Source: Dimargaris cristalligena (Eukaryota). Taken from it: a stretch of 33,294 bases of DNA. The notes beneath the pieces are model-generated. The model was not told where the DNA came from. It did not search any database and worked only from the letters and a program-made list of their open reading frames with translations. Shown here one piece after another: positions 13,482-24,223 of the stretch (positions within the stretch are counted from its first letter, which is position 1; every line of letters starts with the position of its first letter). The position numbers were made by a program, and so were the translations under genes. The stretch covers positions 1 to 33,294 of the forward strand of contig ML002408.1 in the NCBI GenBank assembly GCA_003614675.1, written 5' to 3'.

Positions 13482-13491
13482 CTTATATATA
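13482..13491 (-). promoter_or_regulatory. Alternative proximal TATA-like element (TATATATAAG)
   Basis: About 205 bp upstream of the ATG on the coding strand. Could simply be a TA run in the 5' UTR. Confidence 0.3.
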
Positions 13492-13613
13492 TGTATAGGG
13501 GAGGAAAAGACAAATGGGATATGTGGAGGGAGAGGTGTGTGTAAGTCGTCGGGTGTCAAAGGGATAGCTAGATGATGTGCTGGAACAAGAGTGGCAGGGC
13601 GGCCGAGGGCATC

Positions 13614-13621
13614 TATTTATA
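13614..13621 (-). promoter_or_regulatory. TATA box (TATAAATA) of the C2H2 gene
   Basis: Canonical TATAWAW in GC-rich context and correctly oriented. It is ~40 bp downstream of a consensus CCAAT box and followed by an ATG-free C/T-rich leader. Confidence 0.6.
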
Positions 13622-13652
13622 TGTGGGCGAGGGGGAGGCCACCCAGCTAGCA

Positions 13653-13659
13653 AGGGTCC
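13653..13659 (-). promoter_or_regulatory. Nrg1-type binding motif GGACCCT
   Basis: AGGGTCC on + strand equals the S. cerevisiae Nrg1 motif GGACCCT. It lies between the TATA and CCAAT boxes. Confidence 0.4.
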
Positions 13660-13660
13660 G

Positions 13661-13669
13661 TGATTGGCT
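13661..13669 (-). promoter_or_regulatory. CCAAT box (AGCCAATCA; HAP/NF-Y consensus)
   Basis: TGATTGGCT on + strand, at typical spacing upstream of the TATA. A second CCAAT in the opposite orientation is at 13676-13680. Confidence 0.55.
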
Positions 13670-13919
13670 GGCTCGCCAATAAGGAGGGCAAAGGGAAGGT
13701 CGACGCATATACACACCCCAGGGGGAAAGGGCACCCACCACCCGTTCAGCACTTCAGCCCGTATACAGTGGGGGCCATTGAGTATATGCATTAGTAGTGG
13801 CGACAACCAGAGAGGGCCACGGCAGGGTGCTCTGATTCCCGCTGGGCCTTCCCTCCCCCCTCGTTCAGCCCTGCGCGGTTGACTGAAGCCTAGGTTGCCT
13901 AATATGGAGATGGTGGGTA

Positions 13920-14100
13920 CTCTCTCTCTCTTTCCCTCTCTCTCTCTCTTGCTGTGATTTGCTCTGCTTTTCCTCTTCCCTCCCTCTTCTTTTTTTTTCT
14001 TCCCTACCTTGACTATCACCACCCTGTCTCTGGCTATATCCCCATTAGATGTACCTCCCCTCTCCTTCCGGCCCGACTGTGGCCTTCTCCTCTTCCCAAC
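13920..14100. repeat. Polypyrimidine/(CT)n low-complexity tract
   Basis: (CT)n and C/T runs on the + strand, read directly. Confidence 0.8.
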
Positions 14101-14125
14101 AAATGTAGGCCGCGCGATGACCTTC

Positions 14126-14162
14126 ACCAATCAGTGAGCCATTAGAGTCAATGGCCAATCAG
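14126..14162 (+). promoter_or_regulatory. Tandem CCAAT boxes (ACCAATCAG, GCCAATCAG) 28 bp apart
   Basis: Two extended HAP/NF-Y consensus matches in the same orientation, ~850 bp upstream of the ATG. Confidence 0.45.
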
Positions 14163-15277
14163 ACCCCCACCCGAACCACCGGCGGAGGGAGACCAGAATG
14201 GCGGTTGGTGAGAGAGTAATATACTACTGAAAAGGAGAAGAGAGGGGGGGACGGGAAGGAAAGAGGGTAGGAGAGTAAGTGACCAACCCCACCACCCCTT
14301 TTTCCACATCCTTACCGCCACCCCACGCGCTTCATCATGACTGGGCTGGGCGGTAATGGCTGCGATTGCCCCACCCCCGCACCTCCTCCATATGCCCCGC
14401 CTCCACTCTTGCCCCTTTTTTAGTGTGGCCCGCAAATAGCGGAGAATCGGTCTCCTTAACTCATCGTTGTATGCGGGCCCAGAGATTACACAACCCCGGC
14501 TCTTTTTGAGACGTAACAAGGGGCATTGGGAGGGAGTGGGGCGACTTAGTCGGCTAGGGGCCATTTAGTGAACCCACCACATATCATTACCACCCTAACG
14601 GTGTATGGCACTCCCCACCATCGATTATACCGTGGCCAGAGGGAGGGGGAGGACTCACCCCCATTCGGTTAGCCAACTCCACTGAACGCGAGGGACGACC
14701 GATTGCCATAGTAACCCTAATGTATAATAAGGCCTTGTATGATTGTAGAACTATGGCCAGGTGGAGGAGAAACCAAGGCCACTAAACTTAGCGGTGCATG
14801 AGGGCTGCTAAGCAAGGGCCAAGGAACGTCCAGTCCATAATAACCCTTTCGCTCCGGCCCCATATACTCAGCCTAGCAGCGGTTAGTCAGTCGGTGACCA
14901 CTATACCGCATTGACACGAGTGACTGGTGCATATACACCCTGACATCACCACACCTTCCCTGAGGACCAGTCTATATGGGTGCATATACTCAATCCCTCT
15001 CTCCCCTACTGTCCATGTGTACCCAAAGTAAATGCTATACTCCCTCCCTTCCCGTAGTTCCCTTGGGCTGCCTAGTGCTTAGTTCAGTCACCGACCCACT
15101 CATACTCCTAGATTCCCTTCTATCCCTTCATTGATCCTTGTTCTTTAATTCTGCCCCTTCCTCCTGCTACCTGGCCGCAGTCTTAGGCAAGCCCTACACT
15201 AGTTTCCCCTCCCGTCTCCGCTGATGGAACAAGCAGCGAGGCTAAGTTTGAGATCATGGATATACCACCACCCTCCA

Positions 15278-15293
15278 TATATATATATATATA
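15278..15293. repeat. (TA)8 microsatellite
   Basis: Read directly. Confidence 0.9.
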
Positions 15294-18200
15294 CACTAGC
15301 CGGCTAGGCCGCTGTTTATTCGTTCCCAAACTGTTGTTGAATCGCCCCCAGAAGTAGTCATTGGCCAGCGTCCAATCTAATCGCCGTCCAGTAAAAGGTG
15401 CTCTTTGGAAGAGGATGGTGGAAAATGGGAAAATGTAAGAGAGATCTAATATTAGGCCGGTTGGGGTTATATTTTCCGCTGTTGAATACTAACCGTGTGG
15501 GCGGGTGGTGGTGGTGAAGAAAAGGAGGAAGGTAATAAATGTGAAGGGGCGAGCGGAGCCGCACCCCCCCCCTCCCACTATGTTCTGCATACTGTAATGT
15601 TCGACCTTGCAAACGGACCGACGGTATGTCAGCCGTACTCGTAATCACCGATGGGGATTGGCTCAGTATAGCCTGGGTTAATGCGGCTGCGCCCACCACG
15701 GCCACTGCAGGCGGGGTACGCACACCTCTCTCTATCCCTCCCCTCCATCTCTCGCGCTCTTCCCTTGGCGAAGAAGCCAAGAGGAGAGCAACCTGCGCTT
15801 CCGTCGACGACGCTTCTGGCACACCTACAACACCTCACCCCTCCCACTCACTCCGGCTCTCTCTCTTTCGCGTTCTTTGCGCTTATCCACACTCGCCTGT
15901 GGAGGGGGGCGAGGAGAGGGGTCGCGAATGCAGTTGCCCCGAAGGAGTTCTTTGCAGAAGGTAAGGTGTAATTGTAACACTCAGCTGGGCAGGACGCCTT
16001 TCATTGGATTTCAACGTCAGGCATTACCCTGAGAGTGCATAAGTCTTGGAATTCGCCAGCCAGTGTTTTAGTCAGTAACCACCCTTGCGGCTGCTTGCGA
16101 GAGGGTCTCTTAGTCATGGAGAGAGTGTCCTTTCTACACCCATGGTCCTCTTTTTGTGGACCACAATGTATATAGTATTACAACTCTTTACGCAGGCTGG
16201 CCTGGTCTAAATACCAGGCTGTGGCGTAGAGGAGAGGGGGGGTCTACGACCAAATACCTCCGAATATCAATGCGGCCGACTCGCATCCCAGAGACCCAAT
16301 TTATCAAACCACTGAAACGGCGTAGCCACCGTCCCAAACATACATGCACCCACGGGAAGCTCTCCTAGCCCGAACAATCGATGCCGCATATTTCAAAATA
16401 TGCGCTGCCCATGGGTGACATATTTAATCCATGAAAGGGGCGAGAACGAGGGGGGTGGCGGGGGATGTCGGCTTGAAGAGAAAGAGAGAAACAGATGGGG
16501 AGAAAGAAGGGGGGGTTACCAGGCATGTCGCGAGTGTAAATATCACACGCTGCTACTGAAATGGGCCCTTGGTTACCCTGGTCCAATGTACCGAATTTGA
16601 AAACCTCAGGTCGTCCAGGGAAGGGTCGGTTGGTGAGAGAGAGAACCCAGGGCCAGGCCCATCACTCCTTCCCGGACGGAACTGCCGAACCATCAGTCGG
16701 ATCAATAGGCCTTGAGGTCGATAAGGATACCTATTAATTAGGGCATATGTAGATAGGCAGGTTACTTACTAATTAAGATTTATGTTATATGGCTTATCTT
16801 CCCTTCCGCTCCCTGCTTGTGTAGTGCCATCAGTTTGTGGTCCATTACCACATTCTATTGTCACGCCAACGTAGCATAGTTCACGTTGACTTGACCGTTC
16901 GTAGCTTCCCATTACCATTCTCTCTCTCTCTCCCCGCTCTCCCCGGTTACCCCTTTTTGCGGTGTAGTAACTGAATCGAATATGTTGCCCCCTTTTCTCC
17001 CCAATTTGTGGCATCGCTACTGGGCATCAGGGGTACGCACGCTCATGTGTGGTGCAAGGTGGACGGAGACCTAACAGATAGAAGGAAGCCATTGTCAATC
17101 GTCCTCCTCGCCTGTGCTTCTTCATACAACCTCCCTCCTGCAACTAAAGCCAGGTTAGCTGGAACAGAAAGAGAGGAGCCTAAAAACAACGGAGCCTGGA
17201 GTAATCACTGTTAAGCCAGCCCAATGGCAAGGGAGAAGGGGGTGTGTGGGGGTAACCCAGCGCCTGTCCACAGGCTCGGTTGCAAGCGGGATAGGGCAGG
17301 ACACGCTGTGGAATACACTCCACCGGAACCGATTAGACCAGACCTAGTACATGGGATCCTGTTTGTCACCCGCGCCCTTCACCCGTTTCCCGTATGCCCT
17401 TGCCTAGGCAGGTTAACGATATGGTCCGGCCCCCCTAGCTCTTCTAGTGAGGCTCCAGCAATGGAAGTGTGGGTTTGATATTTTAGTGCGGAAGGGTGTG
17501 AGTTGAAAGATCACGGACGGCGCTCTCCCAACGGGATTCGCATCTTCCCCATAATGCTGTCCATCGGAACGGGAGACCAGCCGGCTAAGAAAGGCGATGT
17601 TATCAAATGGCACAAGGGCATGGGGGCTAGCACACTCGGTTGGCGGTGATTGTCCCAGCGTGGTTTCGCTGGCTCAAAATCTGCACGATTCCTAAAAAGG
17701 ACACTATCGGCTAACCCGCCCGCCCTCGTCGCTGTGCTCTTCCGTTTGGGCTGAGAAGGATAATCCTGGTGGCCCAGCTACCATCGACAAAATATATATA
17801 ACATAACATATATGGCTATGGCTATGGGAAACCACATCAATTTGGTTCAATTTCGGCGTGGTGTGTTATTTAACCCGATGATCGATAAACGTATACCAGT
17901 TGGAGAAACACTAGTACATCCCAAATTGTTTAGGTCGCTAGTCCTCTTTCCCCTACTACAACTATGGCGGATCCTTGAATCCCAAGGTGGTAGTGGTGAA
18001 ACGCAGGCTTGATCAGTGCACGTGTTTAATCTCCCTCTCGCTGCTCCCAGGGCGGTAGGGTACTCGACTGGCCCGTTCCCACTCCCGGTCTTCTCCTACC
18101 CATTCACCACTGCAGCGGCTAAGCTCATTTATTATGTCAGTGATCCTCTCAAGACGACCACTCGTTGCGGTCTGTTGGAATTCATCAAGTTTCACCACCC

Positions 18201-21200
18201 GTATTTGAGAGTAGGGGCGCGCCCCCTCACACGCTACCCCAATAGGTTTTGAGCGAAACCGATGCTGCGCCGCCGAATATACCACGGCCTGGTGCGACTT
18301 TTCCCGGCCCGACGCATTTCCGAAATGGTCGATATAGTGCTGCCACTGTTGAACCACCCTTATTTCCCCGCTTTCCCGTTCCGCTGGTTCGGGATTCCGT
18401 CTATTGGTGTTTGATCTGACTGTTGGGGAGATGTAGTGTGGCCCTGTTGACCTTTCAAATGGAGAGATAGCCCTCGATTTCATTCGAAGCGTGACTCCAC
18501 CACCCGGGGCAATCCCTCAAAAACCTAGCACCACCGCTCGGTCGGGTTATTTAGGGCTGGCTTGCCGCGGTCCGGGTATTCACGGCCCGACCAGACTGTG
18601 TTTGCTTAGTTCCGGACGCTTAGCCTCACTCTACTGGCTGCCTTGCTCCCAATAATTTAATGTATAGGGGAGGAGATGACAGCGCTCGAGCGAGAAGTAG
18701 ATCAATTTCAGGATTTTGCAGCTGACATGCAAAACGTATACTATCCCCTGTCATTTTCACTGTGCTGCTTCATTTGCGAAAAGAAGGCGCTGATGAAGAA
18801 GGAGCGAACCCCGTTCACTAGTATATGCCTGGGGGGGGGGTAAGTTAGCCAAACCACGTCTTGAATGGTTTAATACATTCGAAGAATAGTCCAGGAGTAA
18901 GTCAAGGTTTGCACCTATTGAGTAGGGGGCAATACGGCCCAACCACCAGCGAATGTTTCTTATAGCCAGCCTCCGACGAGCCATTACTACTGGTGCGAGG
19001 ATCCTTCACCACCGTGCTCCTCGCGCCCCTCCCTATTTTTTTTGCTGGGCCTTCATCATTGGCGGTTGGTGATTTTACCCAACCCTTTCCCGCCCTAAAA
19101 ACCGGAGGGTACAGCGGGGCGTGGGTAAGATTCAAGGGTGAAGAAATGTGGGGAGCTTCAGCAACCAGGCCAGGCCCCACCATCACACCATGACGAAGTT
19201 ACGTAACCGACAATCAAATCCCCTTCCTCCTTTCTTCCACACCCTCTCTCTTGGTTGTACTATAGATAGGCTGCAGACAAAAGCGAGAGCGGTAACTAGT
19301 GGAGCCGTGGGCCCCAGTAATAAGGCAGGAGAGGTCGGGGAGCGGTTGAAGGAGGTTATGCAAATTTGGCTTGGGTGGCTGCTATAGTAGAAGCGTGATA
19401 TTCGGACCATTCGGAGACAAATCTAAAACACCATCATTCTCCTGGGAAGGGAAGCAAAGGTCTAATAGCTAGCCCAATACCTCTCGCTGCTGGACCGGGT
19501 GGTGTGAAGGAAAGGGGGGAACAGCACAGTGATAGATGCGGTAGATGGTGGAAAATAGGCGTTTTAACCATATAGGAGCGATCGTTGCGGGCCTCACCCT
19601 GGTCGGAAGGCCAAGCCGTAAACAAAAAGTACACTAAACAACCTAGGGGAAGTGCTTAAACTTGGCGCATCAAGTTCCCCCAGCCGGGGGATCTAAACAT
19701 ATTTTTCCGCGACCCCTAAAGACTAATATAGTTCCCTTGTGCCCAAACCATCCTATTTTTGGTGATCAACAGGAGACCGCCCATCTTTCCTACGACAAGA
19801 CGAGTGGTGTACGGGCGTTTTAGTTCTTATGTTATTTTATATATATGTATTAACATTATCGAAGTTCCGAATCTTCCCCCCCCCCTAGTTTAATCACTGG
19901 CCAAGGTTATGGAGTCTGTTAATGGTGAGCTATTCGAGTGTGCTGGGCCATATACCCATTATCCAAGTTAGACAATACCCCGTGGTAGAGACTATGGGTA
20001 TTCGGTGGAATCCAATGGCGGGAAGGGGAGCGTTAGAACAAATGGGGTCAGTAAGATTGAGTATGGCTAACAATCCTGCATCATGACACAAGGATCCTTC
20101 ACTCTCTATTTCAATTGTAGCAATACACCGCAATTTAGGAGTGTGCATCGACCCCCCCGTCCTTTATCTCACCCCCTTCATTCTTGTTACACACTTACCT
20201 GGCTCCTCTTTCCTCCCGTATATAGCCCACAACTTAAGCGCTCCTCAGATCCTTCATCAGGGTATAGTAGACACACTTAGACTCTTTTTTATTTAGAAAA
20301 AAAGCCGAACGGCCCCACTGCTATACTGTATGTGTGTGAACCACCCACCCAATCTATATAGACGAGCAGACAATAGTGAGGCCGGGGAAGACACAGCATA
20401 ACTGAAGTGTATTCCAATATGATGTGAAAGGGTCACCCCAGCAGCATAGTGAAGTAGTGACACGACTCGAGGCAGGAAATCTCCTCCTCTTCTCGAAGAG
20501 TTCAATAGCCAGTCCGCGTGTGTGCGTGGCAGCTAGTGAAGTGTAATCAATAAAGAGAAACCGTTGTCTATTTTTAAAACCGCATTGTTCTATTTGAACC
20601 CCCCCTTTCTTTCCCTTTTCACTCGGACCTATCAAAGCGCGTCAGCCTAAGCAACAGTAGTGTGTATTTCCAATCTATTGTCGGGTCCGTTTTGGGCCAT
20701 CGGCGACTTTCTTTTTATCGTCAGATGTCAACAAGGTCGGAGAAGATTAGAGGGGGAATATTTATTTCCCTACCGGGTTGTCTCTCTGCCCCTTCGTCTT
20801 ATTATTATTCCCCCGCGCCTCAGCCACACTGTGACTCAAGGGCTTTCCGGAGTGTGTACCCTATGGCTTGTATTACTGGTCGGGGCTAGTCACGGTGGTT
20901 TCCCATCCCTTATCTCCCATTTTATTTTTGCGTGTTCTTAGACTCACCAACCACACGCCATATAGCCATTGGCGCCAAGCGGGGATATATTATGTGCTGT
21001 GGATTGTGGTGTATGGCTGGTTAAGAAAGAAGAGCTGGAGAAGAAAGAAAGAAAAGGGGACATGCTCCTTCCTCCCTTATTACCCTGGCTAATTCACAGT
21101 AGCTCACGCCCACCTTCCATCGTAGGGCAGCTATTGGTCCCCGCGCCGATGGAACGGGTTGTAACACCACCACCATCACTACTGGGCTCCAACACCCCCC

Positions 21201-24085
21201 TCCCCACTCAGTTCTTTTACCTTACTGGGGGTTTAACATCTTAAATTCAGTCCTCTTCTTATAGTCACTGTAGTCGTGTATTTTTTGGGGGGTCGGTGTA
21301 TCAACTATATAACGATGCTAAAAGGATCCTAGATCACGGTAGTGTATCAAGTCCCTTAAAAGGTTAAATGACGGGTACACGAACTATGGTCGATCATTGT
21401 AAGCCTTCAGTACCTGGCAGTAAGGGTGGGGGGCTTCGATCCGCATGCCTTGTCCCTCTGGGCTCCGCATGGTTCACGGCTAGAAGGGGAAGGGGGAGGA
21501 GGAGCTTTTTCACTCGTGGAGATGTAGGTGGCCCTGGTTAAGATTCCCCCCTCCTCTCCTTCCTTTTTGTCTTTCGTCACCACATTGAGGGTTAGTGTAG
21601 TTTAGGTTGTGGCTCCGGAAGGTCATTGGGCACTGAGCGATACATTTGCGGAGCGCTGAATGAGACTAAACTGCCCTGAGCTTCTTCACCTGCGGAAGAA
21701 GAAGAAGGCGGTTGGAAAACTTCACGAACAGGGTGGATACTGAAGGTTACTTGGTTGATCAGTCATGTCCAAGTGCCGCTGTGAAGCATTCAAAGTCGAG
21801 AATGTTGCAGCTTAAGGAGATACAAAATATAAAGAAGAATAAGAAAAGTAGAAAGGGACATGGAAGGCCAAGAGAGTACCGGGGATACTTTTTTAAAAAT
21901 TTTAAAAAAGACTGCTTCGGATTCCCCTACCAACACGCCCACCACGAAATTCCGGGACTTCAGTAGTAACCTGGCTTCGCCTGCGAACGGAAGCGTGTGT
22001 TACCGATCCCAGGAGCGGGTCTGATCCGCTGTTGTTAAACCCGCTTTTTCGCTAAAAGTATTCGGTTCCGGATTCTTCGCGATTGTCGCAGGCATTGTCA
22101 TCCTGAATTAACGGCGGTAATAACCCCCTTTAAAACAATACCTGATTTATCAACACCCTAAACATATCAATTCGCCTTGAAACCCCCTCCCCCCTAATTA
22201 GTTGAGATTGGCGATAGCCAAACCCCACCTCTTTCCTAATTCCCCAACGGGTCCACTGTAACCATTGGCCTGGACTTTTGTCCTTAGCCTGGCCCGCTCA
22301 CTCTCCCATCCCTGACCGCGTGCTATATGACCGTCTCTGGGTATCTCCTTCCGTTATTGACCTTCACTGAATCCTTAGTAAGTATGATACATCTGTATAG
22401 AGGGGGGAGGGAGGTCAAACTCGAATTTTAGGGGAGTGGGCCAATCCCTATAGTATTTTCCCAGCCGGGTACTCCTGCCCCATAAAATGAAAGTGGGATT
22501 ATTGGGCGAGACAAATTAAGATATAGGGCCAGGCTAGGTGTTCTCATCGCATCCCCTTTACGTGCCCGACTCTCTATATAGTGGTAGGGTCCACCAGAAT
22601 AAGTGGACCAACTCGGCAATCTGTGTTGGACTCTAGGACTTCCAGATCGCAGGAATGGGAACCGGTGATCCACTCTGCATCCTTCAAAGGGACTTTTCCA
22701 CCCGGCCCTAAAAAAATCAGGAAGATGCTGCAGGGTGCAGCAGTCGGAAGACGGGTGGTGGAAAAAGGGGCGATGGGAGCTATACTATTCTGAAATAGAC
22801 ATGGTTATATGAGCTGGGGGAAGATTTCCGGTGCAATGTCATCCCGAAGCCAATACTTGGAAGGACTTTCCATTTGTTACTATTCCGCCGGCGCATAAAA
22901 AAGGCGGGGTATACCTTGCATGTTTACGATAACATAAAAAACGATTCAGAGACAGTGGAATGCCAGACAACCATGAAGCATTGATCCCGCAGATAGAGCC
23001 CTTCTCGTGCAAGTCGACACCAAATGGAATGGAATATTGGAAGGTGCTTCAACCATGATCTTCGAGGCAAGGTGCGTGTAAGATTGATTATTCCCTGTTA
23101 GGTATGAATTGGTTTTGGGTAACCCTTTTCCCCAGTCCTCGAGCGACTTACCCATGATTGCCCGTTGGTCATATTCAACGTGGCTTCTTGGAAGACAAGG
23201 GTGCTGGGGAGGGATGTACGTGCTTTATGGTCCATTGGCGATGTAATATAATGATTAGGTACGGCCCTCTATATTCGCCATTAGCCATGGCCTCTGGTAG
23301 GGGAAAATGGGGCAGTCTGGGTGCACTTTTGATTGCCGAAGGTTCCTCCTGTATATAGTCACCGGAAAGTTAAAATAGCATGCTCCCCTTGCTTAAATCC
23401 ACGTGTCCGTGTTATCCTGGAATTGCTCCGTCCCCTGTTTATTATTTAGAGAAGGTTAACGACAATCAGGTTGAATTCAATTATTTAGATTGTTGTGTTG
23501 TGTTTTTTTTTTGATGAAGACGTTTTCGCATTTCACTTAGTGGGCGGGGAAATGTTACGAATACACGCACACACACCGCACCAACAATGAACAGGTTCCG
23601 GGATTCACTATTCCCAAGCACATTGTGAAGGATTGGAGTATTTACTCACAGCAAATACTCCCCACAATTGGCATTCCCCCTTTGCTAATTATTTTTAGCT
23701 TGGTTGACCGGTTTATTGGGGGAGGGGGGGCTGCTGCTGTTGCTGTTCCCCGCTGGTAACCCTGCATCCGTTTATAGAGCTAATGTTGGCCCAAAGTCCT
23801 GGTGCCAATCTGAAACAAGTGGCCAATAGAATCTAGAAGGGTGGGGAGTGGAGTAAGTGATTCTTGTACACACAGTTGGCGCTGTTTGCCGCCCCCCCTT
23901 TCTTCTTGATTCGCTGTCCTTTTTTCAGAGGCTGCACTCACTATAGGAATCGGTTAGAAGTGACCTAACCACATGGCTCTAGCTTCTTAATCAGCTTGAC
24001 TAAGCAGCCCCCCAGAATGGGCAATACACCCTTTTTTAAGTGAATGGCCAGCATCCTTCTTATTTCTTGCCCGACCTTTTTAAAT

Positions 24086-24223
24086 TGGGTGAAATTCAGC
24101 CCAGCTATATAAGGGTTTACATTATACGTGTATGGGAGAATATATGGGAAAATGGTTTTTAACTAGTAATATTGGCCCCATTCAATGGATTTTTCGTTAT
24201 GCAGCTTGGATGAACTTCTCCCA
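24086..24223 (-). repeat. Isolated inverted fragment of the ~241-bp repeat found at the right end of the window
   Basis: The reverse complement of 24123-24223 aligns ungapped with 33194-33294 (13 mismatches in 101 by hand). 24086-24132 also aligns with 33044-33090. Confidence 0.9.

Noticed and set aside
13483-14130. 215-aa minus-strand ORF upstream of the gene
   Set aside because: Starts at TTG and is a K/R/E/G-rich translation of the GA-rich promoter tract; overlaps the TATA and CCAAT boxes.
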